A DNA stretch of 64,000 bases, taken from the NCBI GenBank assembly GCA_951804945.1, contig OX638151.1, positions 44,330,001 through 44,394,000 on the forward strand. Direction: 5' to 3'. Positions 36,301 through 50,200 of this stretch are shown one piece after another. Position 1 is the stretch's first letter; every line of letters begins with the position of its first letter. The translations under genes and the position numbers were made by a program. This DNA comes from Podarcis cretensis (taxonomy: Eukaryota). The notes beneath the pieces are model-generated. The model had not been told where the DNA came from. It was given only the letters and a program-made list of their open reading frames with translations, and searched no databases.

Positions 36301-39054
36301 CTCATAAAAACCAAACATCCATCTTTGATTCTGTTTTCTAGTATTTCTACCTTATGACCCATCCTGATGCCTTTTTCTATGGGCGAAGGTAACTGTCAAC
36401 AACCATAGTCACGAATTGGTTCCAAACCTTCCCTCATAAAAGGGGAGTGGAGTAATTTGATTCTACCCTGAAAGAGTCAGAATCATATTGCAACAGGTTA
36501 TGGTACAGCATTTAAAGCCCTGCTACATGAATAAGAATATCTGGGTGCTGACCTTGATTTGAGCTTGGTTACATGGCTGATAGTTGAAGTCCTTGTAGGG
36601 GCAGACAGGATAGCAACAGCCAATGAATAAATGTGATAATCATAAGGAATTGGTGAAAAGTGTAAGATTAGAATAACATGGCCATATTCCCATACATATA
36701 TTTATATGGATAGCAAGTCATTTTCTAATTAATCAAGGGGACTCAAGATACGGAGTCATGGAATTGTGAGACAAACCGCATACGATAGCTAAAAGCAGAT
36801 AAGAATTTACAACATGAGGTGCAAACCAGGGCATATAGGAACATGCTTGGGCAAGAGTTTTAAATAGAAAGTTGATGCACAGAAGGGTGTTTTGTTTTGT
36901 TTTTTGTAAGAACAGTGTGGCAAATGTCTAAATGAGGAATCTAAGGGTGGGACACGGTGTACTGTGTTAGGGGTCCAGATTTGCTGATCAGAATGGAACA
37001 GCAAGACAAGTAACTGGGTGTGAGTTTATCACCAAACAGCAAAGATCTGGAGAGCCAATTGGAAAGAGACACCCAAAGTGGGATGGAGACAAAGAAAGAG
37101 GATAAAAGGCTATGATCAGATAGATACAAGAGTGTGGAAAGTATTTGTATGTGTTGACCATTTTCTGTTATTTTTTACTTGCTCTCTATTCTGTTATCAG
37201 ACTCCAATGAACTCCAGGTTTGCATCTGCAAGCAGGATAGTAGCATCCCTGTTAGGGACGGCTGGAGTATCTCATGAAATAAAACTTTTACAATATGACT
37301 ATTTCCTCCTAGACTGACCAATAATGTGGACAATTCTTTTATTGTTCATGTATTCAGTGTGACATAAATGCATTATTTGAGACTAGGGAGGCAGCACTGA
37401 ACATCATTTCACATAGGGGAAACTGAGTAAAATCTCCATAAAAAACCCCACATTTTTATCTGCCATTATTTTATCAGTTGTTTAATTGTACCAAGCAATG
37501 GTTTCCGCCATCACCCCCAACCTCTCCCCCAACCGCCCTGAGTTCCCTGGCCTAGCATCATTAGTTTTGAGGCAGATCATTTAGAGTCTGTAAATGAGCA
37601 CTACTGGTGCAATGTCAGGAGGCAGTCCCTCATTGAGCATGGCAGATTGACAAGTAATTTGGGAGAAGTCCCAGAGAAGATGTAGGTCACAGCAGACAGT
37701 GTCCAACAGCTACACATCTCTAGCCAGCCATTGAATAGCAACACACCTCCTCACCCCCATGCTTATCTTCACTGGGGCTGGATTTCAACACACTATTGCT
37801 ATGCCAGTTGTCTAATGCTATTGTGTATGGAGATGATTCTGAGCTGGTTATTGTCCAAGGCATGCCTTAAAAAAAAATGAATTAGCTCAGTCCCTTTCCC
37901 AGCTTTCCTGAAAGAGAAGGGGTAAGGTCCAGACAAGCTAGTGGCAATTGTGTTCCTGTAAGCGAATTCCTAGCCAGCCAAGTTAGCAGGTTTTATTTAC
38001 AAGTAGTCTAATGGTGTCCAACTCAATCATGCATGTTCCACAGAGCCTTCAACATGCACAATAGCCCACTGCTACTTCCTCTATTAAATCATTCCTATAT
38101 TCATGCGGTCGAAAGCTCAGTGCCAGCACGTGGTAGTCAAGCGTGTAAAAAATGATTACTCGGATCCCTTTCAACACAGATTTGCTGCATGAAATGGCCT
38201 GGCTGTGACCTGGGAAAATCAATGCTGTTGTTTTTAATGAACAAAAAAAAAATGTGATTGGGGCCCATTTCACCATCTCTGCTTTCCAGTCAGCAGTTAA
38301 GTGTTTAAAAGGGTCACCAAACACACACACAGCAGCTCCTTTTGCTACTGTGAACATCACCAATAAGATTAAGAAATAACTTTTATGTATGAATTGCCAT
38401 CACTGTTGCCATCATCAAAGCAAGTACGTGAGATGCTGCTTTGAAATGCGACTAAGTTTCTCTTGAACCAAACACTGCAACTGCAACCCAACACAAGAAT
38501 TTAGTGTGTGTAGCTCCACTTCAATCTCTGGTGCCTTGCAGCTCATCTGAAACTGGGGGTGAATTCTGGCACTTTTGGATGCAAAGAGAAATGATCTGCT
38601 TGTTTGTTTCTTCATTTTTGACAGCATGTTTTCTTACGGCATATTTTTTGACATTAGAACTAAAGGTCTTTAGTGTTTCACAGTTTCTGTTCAGATAATA
38701 TTGGAGGAGAAAGTTTTTCCTGTGCAATGTGTGGAACTGCTTTGAGTTTTTCATTTTGATTTTATATTTACATCTGCGTAAGCATGTGTGCATTTGATAT
38801 TCCATTATTAAAATGCACAAAGCAGGGAGGTGAAATTGGAAGGAATCCAAAGACCTCTTGGTCCAATCCCCTTTCCACACCTCATTGCAAGGCTGAATAG
38901 TCTGTGTTTCAGCTGCGCCCGTCATGCAATCCAGATCACAGTCAGATCACAGTGTTGTGCAAGCATTGCAGTCAGGGGGATGGTGGAGACTCCAAATATG
39001 ACACTTCTTAGTCTGCTTGTAGTAACTCATTATCAAGAAGCAACAGATGAAACT

Positions 39055-39148
39055 GAAGGCAGCCCTGTTTAGGGAAGTTTTTAATGATTGATGTTTTAAT
39101 GTATTTTTAATCTTTTGTTGGAAGCTGCCCAGAGTGGGTGGGGTATAA

Positions 39149-39192
<44 letters not shown>

Positions 39193-39203
39193 TACTACTA
39201 CTA
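39055..39203 (+). mobile_element. L2-like 3' tail with (ATT)n(ACT)n microsatellite
   Basis: AAGGCAGCCCTG...GGAAGCTGCCCAGAGTGG followed by ATT repeats. Confidence 0.6.
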
Positions 39204-39979
39204 TTAAAGTTTGGGTGGAATGGATATTTTCAATTTGGGGTGGATGGCAACACTTAAAGACAACAGCAACAAAACACATAGTATAACTATCTCCACGTTC
39301 TATGCATATCTATTTTAGAAATTATTTTGTTGCTTCCAGTGACCCTGATATTGATAGATTCCAGCTTTCTCAGAAGATGCAATATCTCCCCCTACATTCA
39401 TTCTCAAATAAACCCGGGTTGGTATTACAACTTATTTTCAAATATCCATTTTTGAATTTGAATCCTCTGTTCTTACAAATGACACCATTAATTAGAAGAG
39501 CTTAAAACCAAGATGGAGGCGGAGACTAACAATCTAACTATTGGCACTTTTAGTCTTTTTCTCTTGTGACATTCAGCAATTGCTTTGCCAAGGAAACTCA
39601 GTATGAATTGCAATATTTAAAAAAGCTACACCATTCATAAAACGTTTTAACATGGAAGGAATCATAAAGGTTCCTATGTAAAGCAAAGTGAAAAAGGAAA
39701 GTCTCTGACACTGTCCTAAAACACTCAACACTGTCAGGCAACAGATATGAGCACCATGGGCCCTACACCTGCATTATTAAATATTAGGAAATGTTGCTTA
39801 GCACTTATTCCAATAGTGAACATAAGTGATGAGTACTACCAGAATTGTAGTCACAACAGAGGTACAACATAAGTATAAAAACGGTTTTAAAAGCCTAAAG
39901 CTACAATCCCTGAAGTGTTGGAAGTGAGAGGAGGAGAGATTATAAAAGTGCTGCCTGCTGGGCTCTCACTGGCAGGCAA

Positions 39980-40365
39980 GGGTGGGGGAAAATCAATTCA
40001 GATTGCATTTAAAGGCTAGCTTACCAATTCTACACTTTCTGAAACCGTATGTGAACCCAAACACAGCTATGCTTCGAAATTAGCACTGATCTGAATTTTT
40101 CAAAGCAGTTACCCACTAATTTGCACAAAAATGCATACACTATAGTACACATATTAGTAAAAATGACATACAAGATCCATTGTGTATTTGTGTATTTGGC
40201 AAAACTGCATATAAAAATGTGCATAGTGAGAGAAATAAGCAGCAATGAATTTTTAGATGACTTTAAAAAAATTTAAAAAAAAAACTGATGTAGAAATGTG
40301 CAGAACTATGACTGGAAAAATTAGATACAGAGAGAAACAAAAATTAACATATTTGCCCATCCCTA
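39980..40365 (-). repeat. AT-rich interspersed repeat, same family as 19850-20255
   Basis: Ends in TTTGCCCATCCCTA; AAAAATG subrepeats. Confidence 0.55.
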
Positions 40366-40619
40366 CTGGTAAAGCAGAACCAAGGGTGGTGTTCTTCTGT
40401 CCATTTCTGGTCTCAATTCACCTCCATCCTATTTCCACTGAAAACAACAGAAGGCAACGGGGAGGGAGAGGTTTAGCACTCATGGAAGAGTAAAATTGGA
40501 AGGGACCCAATGAGTCAGCTGGTCCAACCTATTGCAAGGCAAAAATATCTCAATTTTTCTTCTGATTTTTTTTTTCTTTTAGGGATGTGCAAAAGGACCG
40601 AGAGGGTTTAGGATTCTTT

Positions 40620-40780
40620 AAGAACTTAAGAACAGCTTGCTGGATCAGGCCAGTGGCCCATCCAGTCCAACATCCTGTTTGCACAGTGACCAACCAGATG
40701 CTTGTGGGAAGCCATAAGCGGAACATGAGTGTAACAGGCCTCTCTCCAGCTGTGGTATCGAACTTCTGGTATTTCAGCCG
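40620..40780 (-). mobile_element. CR1 LINE 3' tail
   Basis: TAAGAACAGCTTGCTGGATCAGGCCAGTGGCCCATC is the inverse of the tail at 36260-36300. Confidence 0.65.
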
Positions 40781-42128
40781 CACCCAACACGCTCCCCTTT
40801 TGGCACCACATAGGCCAGCTCTTTGGGAGGAGCTGGCATTGTCAAGAGAGGTAAGTCTGGCCAATGAAGACTGTGCATGCACTAAGGAGCTGCAGAATGT
40901 GGAGCAATCGTTGGAAAAGAAAGAGGAAGAGGAAGGAGGAGCCTGAAATGCCCTGCTTGGAGGAAATGGCTGGCCAGAATCCTGTACAGAAGCCTCCCTT
41001 TTAGGAGGGCAGATAGACTCCAACACTTTGTTGCAGGTTTCACTTGTCTGGTTTAATTTCATTTCCTGAGCCCTCTTCTGTTTTGAACAGGTCTCTTTTT
41101 CTAAGAATGTGGTCTTTGCTGCTATGTGACATGCAAGATCAGCTGAGGCCACGTTAAGCCCTACTAACCAAATCTCAGGAACCAATAGCTAGATTTTCTC
41201 TCTCAAAGCAGCCAACCATATAAGCTATTATATGCTCCCATATCCCTGTGCTTGATCTCCCTTCCAAGTGCTCTAGCCCAGCCCTTGCCAGCAGGCAGGC
41301 AGCCAGGAGCAAATTACATTGGGGCCCTTTGTCCATCGGTAACAAGCTGCTCTCTAAAAGATTGACCATGAAGCCCCATTCTTTAAAAAGATAAAAAAGA
41401 AAAAATACCCAGCCATGCTGATTCTGCTGTATTGAGCTCTGTCTTGTGTACTTTGCACATTTTCAGTTCCGAGCTTGTTGCTTTACTGAAAAGCAAAAGA
41501 CTTAAAAATGCACAGGCAATTTTCAAACCTATGCAGCCACATGCTCCTAATGAAGGGAAATGGATTCTCCCTTGAACCAGTATTACAGTCAATAATTAGT
41601 CATAGTTTCAGGCAGACCCAAGAAACCTTTGATCTAGCTAACTATATATAAAAAGGGACATGAGCCTGTTTTATACAAACCAAATAAAAGTTGCAGGGAG
41701 GGGAGTCGCCTAAGGAAGATCTTCCTTAGAAAACCTCATCCTGTTGCAAATGATACCCAGTCTGTGCTCGAGGGCTTGCTATGGATTAGAAACGCCACAG
41801 GGGGACAAGAACTGGAAGCCGATAAATAGCATGTATGAAAAAGCCAATGCATCTGTGAAGATTGTTTGAGAGCTTAAGTGTATGTCTGAGAGCCTGTTGT
41901 ATAATGTAAATCTAATCACAGGTTTGCCTTCTGTGGCCTTCTTATATTCTTTAGCTCCCAAAGACTCATGAGCTCATAGCATTGCACCTGGGGAAAAATG
42001 GATATTCAGACTAAGGCTACAATCCTATGTACACTCCCCAGGTCTTAGTCACACTGAACTTTTGAAGAGCGATGAACAGAATTGCATTGCAAAAGAGTCA
42101 AATTCACCTCTGAAAGAGCATTGTAATA

Positions 42129-42280
42129 CAGTGGACCCTTGAATTATGTACCGCTCTGGATACGTAACTTCCGGGTTTTGTCACGCATGCATGCGCAGAA
42201 GCGGTGCCTCCAGTTACGGACTTTTCAGGTTAAGTACGGATCCCTGGAATGAATTTTATTCGTATCTGGAGGGTCCACTG
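42129..42280. mobile_element. Tc1/mariner-type MITE, family C
   Basis: TA|CAGTGGACCCT...AGGGTCCACTG|CA, with an internal TGCGCA/GCATGC dyad. Confidence 0.75.
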
Positions 42281-43000
42281 CAGCTCATTCTCATGCCCGT
42301 TTGGGTTGACTACGATTTAAAAATGAACACGATATTTAAGACAATTACCTAACTGCCAATGACCTAACAGCATATGATCTTAACATACTTAGCTATCATG
42401 TCATTTTTTAAAAAAGTGATGGTGTGTGAGAGAGGGCTGCCTTCACCTTGGCAGCAGCAGAAACAGTTCTGAAGTGAGAGAATCAGACCCCCAGACGCCT
42501 AAGTGCCCCTTAGCCCCACCCTGGTGGAATAATCTGACTGCGGATGATCACTCTCAATGTGTTGTTATCAATTTTCAATTGGTTATGAATTACATTTGTA
42601 TGAATGTGGTTATTATTAGAAGTCACCTTTTTTAAAAAAATATGGTAGAAAGTGGCATATGCCTCAAATAAAATAAAAATAAGCCATGGTATCTAGACCA
42701 CAGCTTGACCTCATTATCGGAAAAAGCATGATTCTGGCACAGACCTAGTTTCCAGAAGAGTGATAGCACTGGATTATCCTTCAGCATAGCATCCCTAATT
42801 TTAAAATGGCAAGGCATGATCTAGCCAAAGTAAAGACCTTTTGGGTTCTGTACTTATTTCAAGGACAAAGGGTGAGTGAGAGAAGCATGTACAACCTATT
42901 TTGGGGGAGGGCAATTGGGTTGTTGTTTTTATTTTGATTATGTATTTTGTGGTTTTATATTTTGATTTTATTCTGTGAACTGCCCTGAGACCTCTAGGTA

Positions 43001-43355
43001 TAAAGGTAAATACGGGACCCCTGACCATTAAGTCCAGCTGTGACCGACTCTGGGGTTGCGGTGCTCATCTCGCTTTATTGGCGAAGGGAGCCGGTGTACA
43101 GCTTCCGGGTCATGTGGCCAGCATGACTAAGCCGCTTCTGGCGAACCAGAGCAGCGCACGGAAATGCTGTTTACCTTCTTGCCAGAGTGGTATCTATTTA
43201 CCTACTTGCACTTTGACGTGCTTTCAAACTGCTAGGTTGGCAGGAGCAGGGACCGAGCAACGGGAGTTCACCCCGTTGCGGGGATTCAAACCTCCAACCT
43301 TCTGATCGGCAAGTCCTAGGCTCTGTGGTTTAACCCACAGCGCCGCCTGCATCCC
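43001..43355 (-). mobile_element. Full-length Sauria SINE (Squam1) with 10-bp target-site duplication
   Basis: The minus strand reads GGGATGCAGGCGGCGCTGTGGGTTAAACCACAGAGCCTAGG...GGTTTGAATCCCCG...GGTCAGGGGTCCC..TTTACCTTTA. CCTCTAGGTA occurs at 42991-43000 and 43356-43365. Confidence 0.93.
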
Positions 43356-46300
43356 CCTCTAGGTACAGGGTAGTATATAAACTCAATTAACAACAACAAC
43401 AACTCCAACTGAAATCAATGGGACATGAATGTCTTCAACTGCCTGGGCTGTGTCCAGTACTTTCTGTCTTCTGCAATGAAGCAGTAATATTGCACAGAAG
43501 GGGGGAGTAGATGCCAAACAAGTCTGAAGCCCATACAAAATGAAAAAGGATGAACAAGGGTTAAATGTTATTTACTGCATCTGAATCCTGGACCTGCCAT
43601 GAATTGTCCTTTCATTCTTCCAGCACAGTGAGTGGATAATACCAGGGTTCAGCAGCAAATAATGGAAGTTTTAGACCCAATGTTAATAAAGCACTAAGAA
43701 AAGTCAACACATAGTTATGGTAGGTGGAAGTTGGTGACTAACAGGAGGATGTGTTTGTATTTGCCTGTATGTATGATTAAACACTATGTGTTTGTTTAGG
43801 CTATGTAACGATCAGGTAGCTGCAAGCAGTTTCCTGTGCTTATGAAATTTAGAACCTGAAATTTAAGCAGGACTAAAACTGAAAGGTAAATTGCTCTTGT
43901 CTTTCAAAACCTGTTGCATACCCTTTGATGCTCAGGTTCTAAAACCGTTACTTAAGTATATAGAAGTACGGTAATGCACTTAAGGAAAACCAAAAGAAAA
44001 CAAGATCTCAATCTCCAGGAGGCAGGGAGAAGAGAGGAATCTGTCTCTTCAGTGTGTGAGAACTTCAAAAGCAATCGTGAAACCTCACAAGACTGCTGGC
44101 GATTTTCTTAAAAGTCTTTGTGGCCTCTCTAAAAGGGGTTTTCTGTTGATTCATGTTGATCACGCCTGACAGCTAGCATTTCCGTTAATAATAATCATAA
44201 ATAAACCAGACAAGGTTACCTGACCTGAAATGAGCATATCTACAGCACCATATCCATTATAGCAGTGTGTATCCATGACAGCAAATCAGGAAGGGTCCAT
44301 TGCTCTTGACACCATAGTTTAAAATAATAGGAAATGCCTTGGGTTCTTTGAGATAGATATGTATATTTAAATCGCAATGGCAATCTTTTATACATGGACA
44401 AGGATTAAGGGAAGGAGATCTGCCTTTAAGAGGGGGGAAAACTGAAGCAAGACTATTCTTGACCATAAATTAATGCCAGCAGATTTCCCCATTCCACTCC
44501 AGTTTGAGCCTGGTCCACTGCTGCAGTCATAATCTTATGTTTATGTCCTCATAAATCTATTGACATGTAAAAGATGGTGCTTCCTTCCAATACAGAATTA
44601 TGACTTTATTGCTGGGGGGTGGGAATTCAATGAGAAAACATGCTATAAAAAGTGGAAGGCTTTATTTATTGACAATTGTTTAATGAGGAAAAAAAGATAT
44701 TTGCATTGACTTTTTTCTTTTTTTTAAGGAATGACAAGGTGTTTAAATATGACCTGTTACTTCCAGGCTTAATTAGAAATGGGTACAATTCATTAAAAAT
44801 GGTGGTCTGATAAAAATAGATGCATCGAAGCTCAAAATTAATATTTAACCCCTCCCTCTTCCATTACACATCCCCTGCTTTGCACGGTTTAGTAAAGATG
44901 AGCTGCACACTTTGTGCTGAAGGTCAATGGATTCAAGATCTATCAGGGTAACAGGGCAAGTCATTTCCATCGAGTGTGTCTGAGTGCTGGAAGGGAGCTC
45001 AAGGGTCAAGCTGTCCCAACACCTGCATTATGCCAGGATTTTCTAGATCTAAACCATCCCTGACAGATGCTTATTCAGCCTCTTCTGAAAAAGAGGCGGA
45101 TCCTGTATCATAGCAGGAGAAATGTAACTAAAGTGTGCCCAGGATCAAATATATAACCAGAGTGTGCCAGCCTTGTAATAGAGCAAGTCCCTTCCCTTTC
45201 TTGAGGAAGGATTTGAGAACATGCTCAGAAGAAACATGACTCTACCATCTTGGCGATAGTAAACAAATCCTTTTTGGATAGGCCACATACTTTTTAGACC
45301 AGCCATGGCCAATAGAGTTCATTTGCAACTATAGGAAAGTAGGGCCTCCCATGAAGTGAGCTAGAAATGGAAAGTATATATTCCCCTCACTTATGAAGCC
45401 ATTCCACAAGGTCAGGCAAAAATCAGCTCTATCTGATGTAGGTTAAAATTCTCCTTGCTACTCAGCCTGCTATACTTTGGTCATTAGTATGGGTGCTAGC
45501 TTTGTATTCTAGGATTGTCAGCACACTGGGAGCAAGAGGTGAAGGGTGGGGTGGCTTCTGTCTTGTGTGATCCACTTTTGCTTCACTGATTAATGAATGG
45601 GTCTCAGATGGTACATTTGAGGGATATTATTTTACACTCAATGTGGCAGAAGAATGTCTATGGCAAATGATGTTTGATTCATAATGCGCTTGAGCATTAG
45701 AAATACGTATCCTGAACCTGTAATTACAAACTAAAGAGTAATTGCTGGATCAGCCTGAGGCCCATCTAGTCCAGCATTCATTATAAGAATCTAGGTGGTC
45801 TACAAGAAATTGACCAATAGTCCACTGCTGGAATGTGGTCTCTCTTTTGCCTTGTTGGATCAGTGGTTCAGAGGAAAAGGAGTGGATGGCCTTTCCACCT
45901 ATGCAGCCCTTCTAGTGGAATATCTGCTTCATTTCTTGTCAATCCATCCACAGGGAATGCTGAAAGGTGGGGCTGGATCACTCGCAAAACCCACAAATAG
46001 CTGAGAAGAGTGTGTAGCCAATTGGGATTGGAGGGAAGGGAAAGAGCAAAGTTGAGTTTCAGGCTGTCTATTGAACAGGAACATGTAGCATATCTTCCCA
46101 TGGCTGGGCTCCCAGCAACATCTAGAATGTCACATAACCCCCACCCCAGATCTCTGTAGTCAATACTATTGGAAGAGTCAGTATGGTATAATGGAGAGAG
46201 AGTTGGATATTTTCCATTATACTACAGAGGGGTTTCTATGACTTGGGACTAGAGCCATAGGTTGAAATCCTGCCATGGAAGTTATGGGTGAACATGAGGT

Positions 46301-47248
46301 TGTTATGAAGATAAAATGGCTCATCTCCCACATACTGTCCTAAGTTGTTTATCCCCTGAGGAAGAGGATAAACATGTGATAAATAAAACAAATAAGACAG
46401 TAGGTAAGAAAATGTCCTCTACAGAACCTGCTTTTCTCATTAAAACACATTCATTGGTAAGAACAAACAGGAAGAACGCCATTCTAAAAGGGACACTGGG
46501 CTGGGTTGTTGTATATAAGGCAGAAATGACAAAAATAAAACAAAACCCTAAGATAGGCTAGTGATGGAAATTGGAAATAGTTATGTCTTTTGAGAATTAT
46601 TCTTGATGGTAGTCTTGAAAGAATAATATTCTCGTGCTCTAGTTCAAAATGCTTTGAGTCTTTGCTTTGGGCACAGAACAGTAATTTCCATCTGTACAGT
46701 TGAAGCAAAGTCTAGACAAATGAAGAATGGACCCTGAAAAATGCCCTTCCAGAGAAGAAGAAGAAGTCTGAAGTCAGCCAAGTCAAGTTGGTGCCCACCA
46801 GTTGTTTTGGTTTACAGTTCACATCATCCCTGACCATTGGCTATGCTGACTGGGGCTGATGGAAGCTGGAGACCAAGGCATCTAGAGGGCAGCACCAGGT
46901 TGGAGAAGGTTGGTTTAACAGAAGAACTGGCATAGTCACATATTTACTCACCTAACAAAAAGCACAGAAATTCTCTGTTAATTTCTCCCAGCTGAACTTA
47001 CATGCCATGCAAGCAGTAAAGATGATCTACAGTGTCACATACTATTCTAGTTCACAATTTGGGCACATGTCTTGGTCTCCAAGGACCGTTCATCCTCTTC
47101 TGCCCAATTCCTCCTGAGTTAATAACCTTAAAATGCCTTAATTTCCAATGGAAAAGTTTTTAGCATTCCCCCCAATAAGGTAAGTAACTCTGAAACCTAC
47201 TCAGCAGGTCTCAGTGCTATTTCTTAATGTAGAAGTCTAAGGACATAC

Positions 47249-50200
47249 CTGTATTTGAACGCTTCTTTGGATTTTTGAGACTTCGGCACCTCCCACTGAG
47301 GGAGCTGCTGTTCTCGCTCATAGAGTCTTGTGCTGAGGAAGCACTTCCCGTTGCTTCACTGTCTCTCATCATGCTTTCATACCCGCTGCTTCCTCCACTG
47401 TGGTAGAACAAGGCTGTTTTCCCCATGGCAGGTGGCAGCTCCCCACTCAGGACACTGCTGTTGTCACTTCCGTGGCCACTGCTACAGCGGTGAGGCTTCC
47501 GAGGTGGAGTGATCTTGCTGTAAGGTGAAGGCAGCAGATGAACAGTTGGCTTCTCTTCTCCGTGGACGGCGCTGCGATCATCTGTGTCCGAGTTCCTACG
47601 CAACTGCAGCCCTCTGGTGCCTGTGCTTCCTTGCAGAAGTTCTGAGATCCTCCCATTGACGGCTCTGAGGGGCAGTTTTGAGGAGAGCCCAGAGCCCCTG
47701 TTCCTGCTGAGAGACTGAGTAGACCAGGACATATTCTTTCCATTCGGAGGCAAGCCTGAACTCTGCCCCACAGACTGAGGGAGGGACTTGGTAGAAAAGC
47801 TAAGTGTTTTGGTGGTTGAGGCAGCTAGGCTTCGAGCCTTAGGACTTGCCAAGAGGAGCTTGCTCACTGCAGAGATCTTTGATTGACTGGCCTTTGGCGA
47901 GGCCCCTGCAGACTGAGAAAGGCTTGAGTTTGTGGGTGAGGACATTGCACTGCGGTTGAAACTTCTCCCAGCTCTGGGCATTGTGGTGTCTTTCCCAGGA
48001 CCCATCTTGGAGCTGACAGAGGACAGACTCTCTGCCCTTTCCAAAGACAGGCACTCATAATGGCTCCCACTGGACCTTCCCAAGGAATTGGTTCTGCTGG
48101 CCAGCTGTTCAAGTTTGGCACTAAACAATTTACTGCTGCTATTGTTACCGCTCTCCATACTGGAACCCTTTTGTTTCCCATTCAGCTCATCAGGAAAACT
48201 AGCCAGGAAAGGTGCAGGTTGGTTCAAAGGGCTGCTGGTGCTGCTACTGCAAGTGCTGTGCTGAGGGCTGGCCCTATTTTTCTGATCCAGGCTAGATTTC
48301 CTCACGGGAGGCAACGGCGGAGTTCCTTTTGGACGTGTGAGAACGCAGTGTTTGGGGGACGCAATCCTTCTTTCCAAGCTAGCTCTGGAAGTCTGGGACC
48401 CAACAGAACAGCTAATGGTACTGTTCTCCTCAATGTAATGATAGGAAACAGCATCCAATTCCTCCAGCTTGCTGGCCTTCTGAACACCTCTTGTGAGGCT
48501 GCCATTTTTAAAGCTCTCCGTAGTGTGTGCTGGGCTGTGGGCTGTGGAACTGGGAAGTCCCATTTCACATCCATCTACAACCCTCTTCAGGTTTTCTGTT
48601 CCTGGGGAGCTGGAAGTCTCTCCGCTACTGCTGCTAAACCGGTCTGCTGACTTCTGCTTCTTATTTTGTTGAGTGATGGCTTCAGCCTTGGGGCCACAGC
48701 TTTCTTTTTTCACACTGTCTTCCCTCTTTAGCCAAGGATCATCAAATTTTATCTCTTTCCTTACACTGGATTCCTTCATCTCTTGAGGCTGGGGAACTTT
48801 TGCTGGTGACGACACTGCAGATATGGTCTCAGGCGGCTCTTGTGCCTTAAAGGGATTAACAGCAATACATGGATACACAGTAATGTTGGTCTTCATTGGA
48901 ATGAAACCTTCACAACTGCTTAGGCTTGTGGTGTTTGATATTGTGACCATGGTCTTTCCCAGGGCTGATATTTTACAACCTTTGATAGGTGACATTTTAT
49001 TAATAGTTTCGTCGGTAACCTCTGGCAGTACAAATATTTCCTCGGTGACTGGCTTTTGCTTGTCATTTATACAAACCACACTGCTGTTCTGTACACCTCT
49101 TGCCAGTTCAGGAATGGGTGCATCTGCCAGTGCTTCCCCATGCCCATAGCATGCTTGGGCTATGAAGCTGTGGCATGACTGTTCGCCATCACTTCCGGTG
49201 CTCATTTCACTCAACCACGAGCTGATAGAGGAACGTCTGCTTTCAGCCTCTTCAGCTTTGTGATCCAGTCCCATTTTTGGAAGAGGCATAAACTGGGTGA
49301 TACTGACCTCAGACACAGGAGCTGTACTGGCATAGCATTCAAGATCTTCACTGATGCTGCTGATAATGCTAACCGGCCTAGACCCAGAGGCCAGAGCTTG
49401 CACAGAACAATCACTGTTAAAGCTGATGATACTTGTTGGACGTCCATTCTCCAGAACCCCACTAATGGTCAGTTCTTCAACCAAGGTGAATACCAGCTCA
49501 TCTTCTCCGTTCAGCTCTAAGGGCTGCTGCACCGTGACCATGGTGGTGCTCAAAATCTCCTTCTTTGACACAGGAGAAAGAGGTGGCTCCTGCTGCTGCT
49601 CCTGCTGTTCTTCATTGTCAATATGCTCCCCATAATCAGCACTGCTGGAAGACACGGACTTTTTCATGAGCTGTGGGCTCATGCCAATGGGAGGAGTGCG
49701 GATCTCTGGCTGCATCAGAGACTCACTGGACACCATCCCGGAGTCCTTGCTTAAGGATGACGGTGGTGGTGCAGGGTTGGGCAGCACCCCTTTCTGGGTG
49801 TAAACCTTGCACCTCTGAGAAGGAGAAGTGGGCGGCTTGTACTCGGATGTCTTGGAAAGGCTTGCAATGCCAAGCCGCGGGGAACCCATGGGCCGAGGCT
49901 TGCTTTCCACAAAGCCGCAAGTGTTCAGGCTTTCTCGGCTGCTCTGCAGATCCGTGCCGTGGGATTGCTGGGAACTGTTTGTGTGGCTACTTGGACTGCC
50001 TGTAACACTCCTAGGTGATGGAGGGGTGGGTGCCTCATTAAGCACCCCGGTGTGAACAGGGGAATGGCTTCCCTGAATTTTGTTGGCTGTTGCATTCAGG
50101 TTTTCCTTGAAGTCTTTATCAGGTTCTTGGCAGCCTGCCAGGCCTTCTTCTGATGTACTAGTGAGCTCTGCTGCTTGACCTGACACAGGGCACTTAGTCA

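Noticed and set aside
36060-40780. Oppositely oriented CR1 tails in one KIF26B intron as a dsRNA or editing substrate
   Set aside because: The copies are short, visibly diverged and more than 4 kb apart, so stable pairing is unlikely.
40550-41185. 211-codon minus-strand ORF
   Set aside because: Non-ATG start; runs through a CR1 tail and a purine tract; no domain features.
46878-46896. CTCF-like motif CATCTAGAGGGCAGC
   Set aside because: Lies within the end of a common MITE and departs from consensus at the 5' side.
47217-47248. ORF-track ending MSLDFYIKK* as a truncated KIF26B isoform
   Set aside because: It is read-through past a good donor (ACAG|gtatgt), and I saw no nearby intronic poly(A) signal. 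The listed start Met at 50606 is also internal to the exon.
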